Part shown: positions 17,729 through 27,532 of the stretch, in pieces
How the letters are laid out: every line of letters begins with the position of its first letter
Position numbering within the stretch: the stretch's first letter is position 1
NCBI GenBank assembly: GCA_964385265.1
Contig: CAYLOI010000007.1
Span: 9,508 to 73,507, forward strand
DNA: 64,000 nt
Origin: an uncultured Thiopseudomonas sp.
Lineage (GTDB): Bacteria; Pseudomonadota; Gammaproteobacteria; Pseudomonadales; Pseudomonadaceae
Direction of reading: 5' to 3'
Notes under the pieces: model-generated
Database searches by the model: none
What the model saw: the letters and a program-made list of their open reading frames with translations, nothing else
Told to the model about the DNA's origin: nothing
Position numbers and translations under genes: made by a program

Positions 17729-18660
17729 TACAAGGCTGGCACGTCTGTCAATAGGCTTTGTATAACAGAAGCGCTGCCCATGCCAGTCGGGCTGTTTTGC
17801 TCACGCAAGCGATGACCCACCACCACTGGCAAGACCATCTGCACATCTTCTGGAATCACATAATCACGCCCCGCTAAGAACGCCCAGCCTTTAGCTGCAG
17901 CCAGTAACGCTAGACTGCCGCGCGGTGACAAACCAAACGCTAGTTGCGCATGGGTGCGGGTTGCTTCGACTAAGCGCAAGATATAACTGACCAATGCCTC
18001 ACTGGCACGCACGTCGTTCACCTGCTGTTGCGCAGCCAGTAAATCAGCGCGTTCAAGCAAAGGTTGCAAGGCACTGAGCAACTGCTTGCGATCACTGCCC
18101 ATCAACAATTGCCGCTCAGCACTGGCACTCGGGTAGCCCAGTGAAAGGCGCATCATAAAACGGTCCAATTGCGACTCAGGCAAACTAAAAGTGCCACCTT
18201 GGCTGCTCGGATTTTGCGTAGCGATCACAAAGAAAGGATCAGGTAAAGGCCGCGTTTCACCTTCAATCGTCACCTGCCCTTCTTCCATGGCTTCGAGCAA
18301 GGCACTTTGGCTTTTCGGTGTCGCACGATTGATTTCATCAGCCAATAAAAGCTCAGCAAACACAGGCCCAGGATGAAAAACAAACTGCCCCGTCTCACGA
18401 TCAAACACTGAAGTGCCGAGAATATCACCGGGCAATAAATCTGAAGTGAACTGAATGCGCTGATAGCTTAAGCCCAACACCTGCGCCAAAGCATGGCTTA
18501 AAGTAGTTTTGCCCATTCCGGGCAAATCTTCGATGAGTAAGTGGCCACGCGCGAGTAAACAGGCCATGGCTAAACGCACAGCCTGCTCTTTACCTAAGAT
18601 AATGTGGTTAACTGCCTGAATGCAGGCTTCTAACTGACTGCGCATCGAATAAAACTCCAT
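17728..18660 (-). CDS. MoxR-family AAA+ ATPase
   Basis: Walker A LIEDLPGMGKT and Walker B LLADEINRA. 310 aa. Confidence 0.9.
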   Translation of the reverse strand: MEFYSMRSQLEACIQAVNHIILGKEQAVRLAMACLLARGHLLIEDLPGMGKTTLSHALAQVLGLSYQRIQFTSDLLPGDILGTSVFDRETGQFVFHPGPVFAELLLADEINRATPKSQSALLEAMEEGQVTIEGETRPLPDPFFVIATQNPSSQGGTFSLPESQLDRFMMRLSLGYPSASAERQLLMGSDRKQLLSALQPLLERADLLAAQQQVNDVRASEALVSYILRLVEATRTHAQLAFGLSPRGSLALLAAAKGWAFLAGRDYVIPEDVQMVLPVVVGHRLREQNSPTGMGSASVIQSLLTDVPAL

Positions 18661-18751
18661 GTCGGTGATGCGCCTATGCTAGCCAGCAATTGCTTCGCAC
18701 GCAAAGGCAATACCAAAAACCTGCGCAGCACTAGCCAGCGCACTGGAAGTT

Positions 18752-19033
18752 TTAGCGTCCAGCGCGTGATTCGCTGATATAAAAGCGCGCTTTTTGCGCT
18801 TTACTGGAGCAGCCTTGATAAGCCTCAAATTGCTGCTGAGTCTTTGCTGCAGTGATCAACGTTAGTGCTTTTGAATAACTCACGGTGCCGGCAAAACCTT
18901 CTGCTTTAGCAATATCTAACTCAGCCCAGGCCGCATCCAATTGCTGTGCACAATTGCTGCGGTAATTTGTTTTAGCCGCGCAACCGGCCAACATAACAAC
19001 TGCCAACGGTAAAGCTAACCAATATAAGCGCAT
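18752..19033 (-). CDS. small lipoprotein of unknown function
   Basis: Signal peptide with an LAGC lipobox. 93 aa. Confidence 0.55.
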   Translation of the reverse strand: MRLYWLALPLAVVMLAGCAAKTNYRSNCAQQLDAAWAELDIAKAEGFAGTVSYSKALTLITAAKTQQQFEAYQGCSSKAQKARFYISESRAGR

Positions 19034-19060
19034 AGCATCTATCCTTTTATTGTTTGTAAA

Positions 19061-20128
19061 TTAGGGTTGATCAACTTTTGGCGGCTCTACTTTCGGCTGA
19101 TTACTGGCAATCCAATCACTGACCAAGCTATAAGCAACTGCCAGTAACGTTGGGCCTAAAAATAGCCCCATAAAACCGAAAGCAAAGAGTCCACCGAATA
19201 CACCCATTAGAACAACCACCAGGGGTAAGTTCCCACCACGACTAATCAAGTAAGGTTTGAGGAAGTTATCGACACTACTAATCACCAAAAAGCCCCACAA
19301 CAGCAGGAAAATTGCCATGCCGTATTCTTGCTGCCAAAACAGCCACGCCACTGCAGGCGCCCAGACTAAAGGCGGCCCCATCGGAATCAAACTTAACATA
19401 AAGGTCAGCGCGGCCAGCAATAAAGCGCCCGGCACGCCAGCCACTAAAAAACCAAACAAAGCGACAATGGCTTGTGCTACAGCGGTACCAATCACCCCGT
19501 TCACTACGCGACGCACGGTACCGGCCACCAAATCCAGATAGTAATCAGCGCGGTCTTTAATCAGACGCTGAATAGAATTTTTGGCAAACAGGGCTAAGCG
19601 TGGGCCATCGCGGTAAAAGAAAAATACTAAGACTAAACTCAAAGCCAGCTCAAGAATGCCTGCGCCAATACTGGCACTACGCGCCAATAGCCAATTACCC
19701 ATTTGCCCCATATAGGGTTTAACCGTCAAAAACAGCGCCGCACCCTGCTGGTCAACGGTTTGCCATAGTTCCAGCAAGCGAGCGCCAACCATAGGCACAT
19801 CAACCAACCATTCTGGCGCATCAGGCAAACCTGTCACCCGTAAATTTTTAATCAACTCAGTACCGGCACGAATGTAATCAGCAATATTAAAACCTAACCA
19901 CACCAGTGGCCCGGCAACAATAATCACCCAACCACCAGTCAGTAATCCAGCCGCTAAACTGGCGTTACCTTTCAGCGCGCGGGTGAGCATTTGCATTAAG
20001 GGCCAGCTGGCAAACGCCAGGACTGCAGCCCAAAATAAAGCGGTCATAAACGGCGCCAGCACCCACAAACAAGCGCCCAACAGGCTCAGCAGTAAAATTT
20101 GTCCTAATAAACGATCATTACTGAACAT
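19061..20128 (-). CDS. AI-2E family (PerM-like) transporter
   Basis: 355 aa with about 8 TM helices and family-typical sequence. Confidence 0.8.
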   Translation of the reverse strand: MFSNDRLLGQILLLSLLGACLWVLAPFMTALFWAAVLAFASWPLMQMLTRALKGNASLAAGLLTGGWVIIVAGPLVWLGFNIADYIRAGTELIKNLRVTGLPDAPEWLVDVPMVGARLLELWQTVDQQGAALFLTVKPYMGQMGNWLLARSASIGAGILELALSLVLVFFFYRDGPRLALFAKNSIQRLIKDRADYYLDLVAGTVRRVVNGVIGTAVAQAIVALFGFLVAGVPGALLLAALTFMLSLIPMGPPLVWAPAVAWLFWQQEYGMAIFLLLWGFLVISSVDNFLKPYLISRGGNLPLVVVLMGVFGGLFAFGFMGLFLGPTLLAVAYSLVSDWIASNQPKVEPPKVDQP

Positions 20129-20155
20129 GCTCGATATCCATTGAAAAAACCATTA

Positions 20156-20971
20156 CTAAGGTAGGCGCTGCAGTACTAATCCTGGCTGCACATACTCATC
20201 TTCCAGCTCAACCCGCGTCGCTCTAAGCCCCTGCTCAACCATTGCCGCCTGCCAAGCTTGAGCATGTTCACCAGCCATACTGATACGCATGGTGATATTT
20301 TGATTTAAGGCTCGCACCAGTAACTTGACCCAAACCGGGTCTGGCTCACCAATCAGCCCAGCTAAGGACAGGCGACTATCGGTATTGAGTTGACGCTCCA
20401 GTGTGGTTGCTGTTGGTAACAGATCAGCCGGCAACTGCTCAGCCTGAAAACGCTCAAAATGTAAAAAATCACGACCATTGCCACGGGTAATCGCATACAT
20501 CGCAACTAAGCTATCCTGCGCGTCTCCCGCTAGACGAAACAAGGCATAGGCTTGGCGGTCATCAGGTCCGTATAAGCGTGAATTGGCAAACACTTGATTG
20601 GCCCACAGACTACTAGAGCCGCACTCACGCGCAGCACACCAATACAACATCTGCGCATGCTCATCTTGCAATAACTGGCGACTGGCGTTAAACGCATCCA
20701 GTGCTGCATGGGTCTGTGCCAACTGCACAGTCAAGATATCAACTGAGCCACGTACCAACACTTCACCGCTGTAGCGCATTTTGCCACTGATACGGCGCAC
20801 TGAGCCTTTCGGGTAAATTTTTTCTAGACTGTCTTGATGCTCTAGCGTAATCACCTTGGCATCGTGCAAGTGCTCAAGACCCAACAACGTTGAAAAGTCA
20901 TTAGCTGACACTGCGCTGCCGAGTGCAGTCAGCAATGCGGCTATAACTGTTTTATACATCCAATTGTGCAT
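20156..20971 (-). CDS. secreted protein of unknown function (resembles DUF4892 proteins found next to alpha/beta hydrolases in pseudomonads)
   Basis: Signal peptide ..ALLTALGSAVSA. The family assignment is from memory only. Confidence 0.5.
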   Translation of the reverse strand: MHNWMYKTVIAALLTALGSAVSANDFSTLLGLEHLHDAKVITLEHQDSLEKIYPKGSVRRISGKMRYSGEVLVRGSVDILTVQLAQTHAALDAFNASRQLLQDEHAQMLYWCAARECGSSSLWANQVFANSRLYGPDDRQAYALFRLAGDAQDSLVAMYAITRGNGRDFLHFERFQAEQLPADLLPTATTLERQLNTDSRLSLAGLIGEPDPVWVKLLVRALNQNITMRISMAGEHAQAWQAAMVEQGLRATRVELEDEYVQPGLVLQRLP

Positions 20972-21303
20972 TATTACTTTACCAACATAGTCTGTGCAGT
21001 TTGTATGGTGCCTGGGTTCGCATCAACGCAAACCGGCATATGTAAAGGTCCTCTGCGGCAAGTCGTGCAGCCGTCAGCGTTATCCAACCCTATCACGGTC
21101 GCCCATCGCCGCACTGCAGCCATTAGGATGAGCATCTAAATTCTTAGCTGTTGCTGCTGTAGAGCAAAGAATCCAGTTTGCCATTACTACACAGGTACCA
21201 GCTCTTTTAAAGAGCTAACGCCTATGCTGTCTAGTCACTGCAGCAACCCTATTGCCCTATGAGCCACAGTCTTAATCTGTCGACTACCGCTGTTGTGTAA
21301 TCT

Positions 21304-22167
21304 TTAGCTCAGCACAAAAAAATCTTGCAAGCAGGCTGCCACAGCCTGTGCCCCCTGCTCATCATCCAGGTGCAGGTGGTGTCCACCCGGCAAGCGTTGC
21401 ACATCTAAGTCTAAAGTGCTGAGAAACTTGATAAAATCTGGCTCTTTCGTCAAAACACCTTGCTCAGCTAAAATCAAACTCATTGGACACTGCACCGCAT
21501 GCACAAAAGCTGCCGCATGCGCACGCGTCAAGCGCAGCGGTGAAGGCAGGGTTAAGCGCGAATCCGTGCTCCAGCTATAGCCGCCAGCAACTGGACTTAA
21601 GCCGCGCTGTGCAAGCAATTCACTGGCTAATTGACTGACCGGCATAAAGCCGCGCATGCGCACCTGTACCGCTTGCTCAACAGTTGGGTAAATGGTTTTC
21701 TTTTTCGCCGCCAAATCAATATGTGCCAGTAACGCTTGGCCAAGCTTTTTCGGTGCCTTATCGGCCTCACCGGTATCCGGCACTAAACCATCAATCAAAG
21801 CAACCCGCTCAATGCGCTCTGGCACCGCACCAGCAATGAGCACACTGATAATGCCGCCCAATGAATGCCCTAACAGTGAGAATTTTTCCCAGCCCAATTG
21901 TTGGGTGGCCATCAACGCATCTAAGGCATAATCCCATAACTGATAACCTGCGCCGGGCGCACGATGGCCTGAGTGACCATGTCCAGCCATATCAATGGCC
22001 ACGATACGCAAACCTTGCAACTGAGGTGCCAGCAAGTCAAAGGTCATCGCATTGTCTAACCAACCATGCAGGGCCAAAACTGGCTGGCCATCGTCTGGGC
22101 CATAGACCCGCGCTGCCAGATCAATATGCGGCAACTGAATACGTATTTCTTGAGCACTAGCCAACAC
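21304..22167 (-). CDS. alpha/beta-fold hydrolase
   Basis: HGWLDN oxyanion region and the nucleophile elbow GHSLGG. Confidence 0.85.
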   Translation of the reverse strand: MLASAQEIRIQLPHIDLAARVYGPDDGQPVLALHGWLDNAMTFDLLAPQLQGLRIVAIDMAGHGHSGHRAPGAGYQLWDYALDALMATQQLGWEKFSLLGHSLGGIISVLIAGAVPERIERVALIDGLVPDTGEADKAPKKLGQALLAHIDLAAKKKTIYPTVEQAVQVRMRGFMPVSQLASELLAQRGLSPVAGGYSWSTDSRLTLPSPLRLTRAHAAAFVHAVQCPMSLILAEQGVLTKEPDFIKFLSTLDLDVQRLPGGHHLHLDDEQGAQAVAACLQDFFVLS

Positions 22168-22218
22168 TCAAAACTCCTTAGTTATTTTAGCTATTGTTGT
22201 AATGGAGAGCCTGCCAAG

Positions 22219-22680
22219 TTAAGTCACGACATGCTGTAAAGAGCGCAACTGCATGCTACCTGCACCAACAAAATCACCCTCTAAACACGCCATGCTCGCG
22301 GTATTTAATGGCAAACCGTGCTGGCGATTGGCATCAATCAACCAACTGGCAAGCATCCCTAATAATGGCTGATGAGCAACAATTAAAAGATTTTCTACTG
22401 GGTAGCCATCAAGCTTACGGGCGACTTCGCGGGCATCATCTTCTGGCGTCAGCCAAGGCACTATTTCAATATCACCGTGACGCTGCAATGTGGCACATAG
22501 CAACTCAGCGGTTTGCCGAGCACGTATGTAAGGGCTGCACAACACTCGATCAAAGTGCACATCAGTTAAAAACTGCGCGGCCTGCACCACTTGCTCACGG
22601 CCTTGCTCAGTCAATTGCCTATCCGCATCATGGCGCTGATAAGGCTCTGCGGCACCATGCCTTAATAGCCAGAGTCTCAT
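22219..22680 (-). CDS. sixA: phosphohistidine phosphatase SixA
   Basis: The MRLWLLRHGAAE RHG motif; 153 aa. Confidence 0.85.
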   Translation of the reverse strand: MRLWLLRHGAAEPYQRHDADRQLTEQGREQVVQAAQFLTDVHFDRVLCSPYIRARQTAELLCATLQRHGDIEIVPWLTPEDDAREVARKLDGYPVENLLIVAHQPLLGMLASWLIDANRQHGLPLNTASMACLEGDFVGAGSMQLRSLQHVVT

Positions 22681-23309
22681 AATTTAGATTCATCCTTAAC
22701 CTGCTGATCAGCCGGCCCTGTGGGCTGTTGCTCTGTACTTTGCGGATCAGCCTCTTGTGCAGCTTCTGCTTCTGCTTCTGCTTCTGCTTCTGCTTCTGCT
22801 TCTGCTTCTGCTTCTGCTTCTAATAGATTTGATGTTTCTACCACTTCAGACGCATTAGATAGCTCTGCTGCTAGATCAGCATCAGCAACTTCAAGTTCAG
22901 TCTCAGTCTCAGTCTCAGTCTCAGTCTCAGTCTCAACTCCAGGCTCTGGCTCGGCAACGCTTGTAGCAACTGCACTTGCCGGTTGTTCTGCGGCTTTTGT
23001 ACTTTTAGCTACATGTGCCGCCTCTCCCTCAGCTGCCCGCGCTTGTGGCCAATCAGCCACAGGCCACGGTTTAGCATCGGTATTAAACACGGCAAAACGA
23101 CCGATTTGCGCAAGATACTGACTCAAACTGTCGCCAAAACTCATAAAATGGGCACTGGGTGCACCATAAAACAATCGATATAGCAGTTGGGCCACCACTA
23201 GAAGACCCAGTAATGGCACAGCAACGTGCCAGACCAATAGAAATAACAGCATCCACAGTACGCGTAGAATAATTGATTCACGCTGGATGACTTTTTCTGG
23301 TGTTGTCAT
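22677..23309 (-). CDS. DUF4389-like membrane protein with an acidic repeat tail
   Basis: Two N-terminal TM helices, then (ET)n and (EA)10 low-complexity repeats. There is a 4-nt overlap with sixA. Confidence 0.65.
   Translation of the reverse strand: MTTPEKVIQRESIILRVLWMLLFLLVWHVAVPLLGLLVVAQLLYRLFYGAPSAHFMSFGDSLSQYLAQIGRFAVFNTDAKPWPVADWPQARAAEGEAAHVAKSTKAAEQPASAVATSVAEPEPGVETETETETETETELEVADADLAAELSNASEVVETSNLLEAEAEAEAEAEAEAEAEAEAAQEADPQSTEQQPTGPADQQVKDESKL
22762..22821 (-). repeat. hexanucleotide microsatellite (GAAGCA)x10 encoding (EA)10
   Basis: The plus strand shows gcttct repeated 10 times without interruption. Confidence 0.95.
22898..22933 (-). repeat. hexanucleotide microsatellite (GAGACT)x6 encoding (ET)6
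   Basis: The plus strand shows cagtct repeated 6 times. Confidence 0.95.
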
Positions 23310-23324
23310 TCGGTAAACCCTCGT

Positions 23325-24368
23325 TTAGAAGCCATCAATAGAAATAAAATCAACATCAGTTTTTGGCTCACCGCTCATCAGCCCAGCAATAATCTGCTCT
23401 AAAGTACGACCTTCAAATAAAATTGCATGCAATCCTGCCACTAACGGCATGTACACATCCATCTCTTGCGACTTAGCTTTGAGTACTTTTAAGGTATTGA
23501 CCCCTTCTGCTACTTCGCCTAAACGCTCAACCGCTTGCTCAAGGCTCAAACCTTCACCCAGCGCAAAGCCTACCTGATAATTTCGGCTTTTCGGTGATGT
23601 GCAGGTCACAATCAAATCGCCCACGCCCGCTAATCCTAAAAAAGTCATGGGATTGGCACCGAGTTTGACCGCAAAACGGGTCATTTCTGCCAGCGCACGA
23701 GTGATCAACATGCTCTTGGTGTTTTCGCCCATGCCCATCGCTGCAGCCATCCCGGCAATAATGGCGTAGACATTTTTCAGCGCGCCGCCTAACTCAACGC
23801 CAAAACGGTCACGACTGGCATACACGCGAAAAGTTGGCCCATGCAGCACCGCTTGTACTTCTGTGCAAAGCGCTTCATCTTCACTGGCCACCACACTTGC
23901 GGTCAGCGCATGCGCAGCGACTTCTTTAGCCAAGTTAGGCCCAGACAACACCCCCACGCGTGCCTGTGGTGCAATATCTTCTAGAATCTGACTCATCAGC
24001 ATAAAGCTGTTGGCTTCAATACCCTTGGTGGTACTGACCAGCATTTTCCCACTGAGCACATCAGCATAGGGTGTTAATACGCTGCGCAACGCGGTGGAAG
24101 GTAATGCTACAAAAATCAAATCGCACTCAGCTAGCGCAGCGGCTAAATCAGTCACCGCGACAACGCCCTCATGCACCGCCACGCCTTTTAAGTAACGCGG
24201 ATTAAGCCTGTTATCATTAATCGCCTGCGCCTGCTGCGCATCGCGCATCCACAAACGCACAGACTGCTGGTTACTGGCCAGTAAATTGGCCACGGCAGTA
24301 CCAAAACTGCCCCCACCTAACACAGCGATCGGTTTTCTTATTAGCATGTTTTTCATCTCTTCTGCCAT
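23325..24368 (-). CDS. gpsA: NAD(P)H-dependent glycerol-3-phosphate dehydrogenase
   Basis: The [13 protein letters not shown] Rossmann motif and the GpsA family body. The start could be one of the internal Met codons 4-7 codons downstream. Confidence 0.9.
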   Translation of the reverse strand: MAEEMKNMLIRKPIAVLGGGSFGTAVANLLASNQQSVRLWMRDAQQAQAINDNRLNPRYLKGVAVHEGVVAVTDLAAALAECDLIFVALPSTALRSVLTPYADVLSGKMLVSTTKGIEANSFMLMSQILEDIAPQARVGVLSGPNLAKEVAAHALTASVVASEDEALCTEVQAVLHGPTFRVYASRDRFGVELGGALKNVYAIIAGMAAAMGMGENTKSMLITRALAEMTRFAVKLGANPMTFLGLAGVGDLIVTCTSPKSRNYQVGFALGEGLSLEQAVERLGEVAEGVNTLKVLKAKSQEMDVYMPLVAGLHAILFEGRTLEQIIAGLMSGEPKTDVDFISIDGF

Positions 24369-24474
24369 AGGGTGGCGATTGCGCCATTATACGGTGCTGT
24401 TCAAGCATAACCAGTGTTTAGCATTTTCAGTTAAACTATCGCTGCTTTTATTTCTTAAATTATGAGGCAAGCCC

Positions 24475-26622
24475 TTGCAGCTCAAGCATTCCAAGCGTTC
24501 GTACTGGCTAACAAACGTATTGTTGCCACTGGCCCTGAGCCTTGGCTTGCCCCACTTCGCCTATGCTGGCGATTTATTTATCAATGACCAAGCAGTACCC
24601 GAAGTGCTCACAGCCACGCACTTGTACCAGCCACCTGCTGCGGTGCCGGGCAGCATTAGTACGATTGATCGCGAACTGATTGTCGCCAGCGGCGCACGCA
24701 ATATCACCGATGTATTACGCCTTGTGCCCGGCATGCTGGTAACCCCTGACAGCGGTAATCTAACCACGGTCAATTACCATGGCACCAGTCCTGGGCAAGC
24801 ACGGCGTTTACAGGTATTAATTGATGGACGCTCGGTGTACCGTGCCGGTTTTGCCAAGGTCGACTGGTCGAATTTACCCGTGGCCATTGAAGATATTCAG
24901 CGCATTGAAGTATTTCGCGGCCCTAATACGGTCAGCTACGGGGCCAACGCCTTACTGGGTGTGATCAATATCATTACGGTGCCGGCTAAAGATGCGCACG
25001 GCACAGTACTTAAAACCACCTTAGGTGAAAACGGTATTCGTGACTGGTACGCGCGCCAAGCTTGGCACACTGATCGCTCCGACATGCGCTTATCCCTATC
25101 AGGGCTTGCTGATAATGGTTTTGACAAGCGTGAAGACGGCTCAAACTTTCGTGACGGTCGCCGCCTCAGTCGCTTTAATTTGCGCGCCAACCATCAACTC
25201 GACGAGCGCAACGCGCTTGATTGGCAATTGGCCTTTAAAGAAGGCAGCAGTCAGATCAATAACAACTATCGCTCGGTTTTTGCAGGAAGAATAAACCCTA
25301 GCCCTAGCGAGCAAGATGATAATTCTGATGAGAAAGCCACTGATTATGCTGCCAGCCTGCGCTGGACACATACTATCAACGCCAAACACAGTATTTCTGT
25401 GCAAGGCAATGCGCAGCAATGGCAGCGCCTGCGTGAATGGCGCGCGTGTGATGCGCAAGTGAGTTTCAGACCAGAACTCAATACATTATGGTCTTCTCTC
25501 TCAGCTACTCAGTTGAAAGAGCTATCCAAGGATAATAAAGACCGAGACTACTCAATTTTTAGCACTGAACAAAAAAAACTATTCGCAGAACTTGGGCTTC
25601 TTGCTAGCACCCTGCCCCACAGCTGCGGCCTAATTACCGAAAACAGCCGCGAATCACGCTTTGATTTAGAGCTGCAAGACACCTACAGCGTCTCCGACAG
25701 TCTGCGTCTGATCAGCGGTTTAAGTTACCGCTACGACCAAGCCCGCTCACAAACGTTTTTAAACGGCCGCCAGCGCAAAGACATTATTCGCGCGTTCAGT
25801 CAGTTCGAGTGGTATGCCAGCGAGCACTGGTTACTGCAAGGTGGCGGTATGTTTGAGCACGACAGCAGCAATGGTGATTCCTTTTCACCACGCTTAGCAG
25901 TCAACTATTTATTTACACCTGCGCACGGCTTAAGGGCTGTTTACAGTGAGGCGGTACGCTCCCCTGACATGTTTGAAAACCATGCCGATTGGCGCTACCG
26001 CGTGCATGATTTGCGCCCAGAGGTCAGCCTCGGTAGCACAGCTGACTTTTTTATTAGTGCGCAAGGCAGTGGCAAGCTCAAACAAGAAAAAATCAAGGCC
26101 TATGAACTGGGTTATAACGGCCACTTCGCCGCACAGCGCCTATCAATCGACATCAAACTATTTGAAGAAAAAATCAGCCGTATGATCAGCCACAGGCCGC
26201 GCTTAGAATCTTTTAACCTGAATAACAATGATCATATAAAATTCTATGGCAGCGAGCTTGAGGCCAATTGGCAAGCCACGCCGAAGGATCGCCTGCGCCT
26301 GAGTTATGCCTACATTAAAGAGCGCGCCAGTAACACGCTGGACCAGAATGTAACACCGCCACACAGCGGCTCCTTCACTTGGCTGCATGACTGGCAAAAT
26401 GACTGGAGCAGCAGCCTGATGTACTTTGCTGCCGAGCAACTGAATCAAAACGACTTACAACTGGCAACTTTACGCTTGGCTAAACAGTTTGACTGGGGCG
26501 ATAAACGTCTGATTGTGGCTGCTAACCTGCAAAAAACCCTAAACAACCAGCCCATCGGCCGCACCAACAATAAAGACAACAGCCACGATAAGATTTACGC
26601 AACCGTGCAGTTGGAATTCTAG
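24475..26622 (+). CDS. TonB-dependent outer-membrane receptor
   Basis: Signal peptide, a plug region (IEVFRGPNTVSYGANALLGVINIIT) and a C-terminal aromatic residue (..VQLEF). TTG start. Confidence 0.85.
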   Translation: MQLKHSKRSYWLTNVLLPLALSLGLPHFAYAGDLFINDQAVPEVLTATHLYQPPAAVPGSISTIDRELIVASGARNITDVLRLVPGMLVTPDSGNLTTVNYHGTSPGQARRLQVLIDGRSVYRAGFAKVDWSNLPVAIEDIQRIEVFRGPNTVSYGANALLGVINIITVPAKDAHGTVLKTTLGENGIRDWYARQAWHTDRSDMRLSLSGLADNGFDKREDGSNFRDGRRLSRFNLRANHQLDERNALDWQLAFKEGSSQINNNYRSVFAGRINPSPSEQDDNSDEKATDYAASLRWTHTINAKHSISVQGNAQQWQRLREWRACDAQVSFRPELNTLWSSLSATQLKELSKDNKDRDYSIFSTEQKKLFAELGLLASTLPHSCGLITENSRESRFDLELQDTYSVSDSLRLISGLSYRYDQARSQTFLNGRQRKDIIRAFSQFEWYASEHWLLQGGGMFEHDSSNGDSFSPRLAVNYLFTPAHGLRAVYSEAVRSPDMFENHADWRYRVHDLRPEVSLGSTADFFISAQGSGKLKQEKIKAYELGYNGHFAAQRLSIDIKLFEEKISRMISHRPRLESFNLNNNDHIKFYGSELEANWQATPKDRLRLSYAYIKERASNTLDQNVTPPHSGSFTWLHDWQNDWSSSLMYFAAEQLNQNDLQLATLRLAKQFDWGDKRLIVAANLQKTLNNQPIGRTNNKDNSHDKIYATVQLEF

Positions 26623-26629
26623 GGCAGTT

Positions 26630-27532
26630 ATGCGAGCTTACCTGTGGCGCTTAGTTTGCATGCTCTGCGTGCTGTTGTGCAGCAGCGCACCCCTGCAGGC
26701 GCAGATTATTTTAAGTGCAGAATTGGACAGCCCTAACGTACGTCATTTTGCGGACGAACTTGCCCAAACTTTGCCGCTGCAAAGTGTTACCTATATGCCA
26801 CTCTCAGAGCTGCAAGCCCTGAGTGAGATCCCTGTGGGCACGCGTCTTATTTTACTGGGCCCGGCGTTACTGGACTGGCGTTTACAACTCACGCATAGCG
26901 CGCCCGCCACACTTATTATGCAGGTGAGTCGTGTGCAAGCCTACCAGCGCTTGGCTAACCAGCAGCCACAACAGCTCACATTTCTCTGGAGCGATCCACC
27001 AGTCGAACGGCAAATTGCTTTATTGAAAACCATCTTGGCCGGGCGCAAAAATATTGGCGTGCTGTATGGCAATCACAGCTCATTTCTACTAAAAGAAATC
27101 AAACAGGCCGTGCAAACACAAGACCTGACCTTGCATACCTATTATTGGCCTGACAGTTATGATGCGCGTAGCCTCGCACGCTTACTCAACAAAACCGATG
27201 TTTTACTTGGCATCGATGATGCAAATATCTATAACCCATCGAGCATAAAAAGCATTTTATTAAGTAGTTACGCACGCAAACAAGCCCTGATCGGCCCCAC
27301 TGCTGCGTTTATCAAAGCTGGCAGTTTAGCGTCCACCTATAGCGATAAAGATGACTGGCTGCGCAGCTTACAAAAGCTACTCACAACTCCAAGCGAAAGC
27401 TGGCCGCACAGCTTTTACCCTAAAGACTTTAAGGTCATGCTCAATCAACAAGTGGCACGCTCACTGGGGATTGAAACGCATCAAACTAACGATTTAGCAG
27501 AGCAACTTAAACAGCCCAGGATTGCCCCATGA
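26630..27532 (+). CDS. periplasmic ABC-type substrate-binding-like protein (ABC_sub_bind-like)
   Basis: Signal peptide and a [18 protein letters not shown] pattern. There is a 4-nt overlap with the downstream kinase. Confidence 0.6.
   Translation: MRAYLWRLVCMLCVLLCSSAPLQAQIILSAELDSPNVRHFADELAQTLPLQSVTYMPLSELQALSEIPVGTRLILLGPALLDWRLQLTHSAPATLIMQVSRVQAYQRLANQQPQQLTFLWSDPPVERQIALLKTILAGRKNIGVLYGNHSSFLLKEIKQAVQTQDLTLHTYYWPDSYDARSLARLLNKTDVLLGIDDANIYNPSSIKSILLSSYARKQALIGPTAAFIKAGSLASTYSDKDDWLRSLQKLLTTPSESWPHSFYPKDFKVMLNQQVARSLGIETHQTNDLAEQLKQPRIAP

Noticed and set aside
20972-21303. A 332-bp non-coding gap upstream of the DUF4892-like gene, checked for an sRNA or riboswitch.
   Set aside because: I found only a weak AT-rich hairpin (agctctt-tta-aagagct, ~21202-21218). 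There were no conserved motif, repeat or terminator that I could recognise. It is most simply a promoter and 5' UTR.
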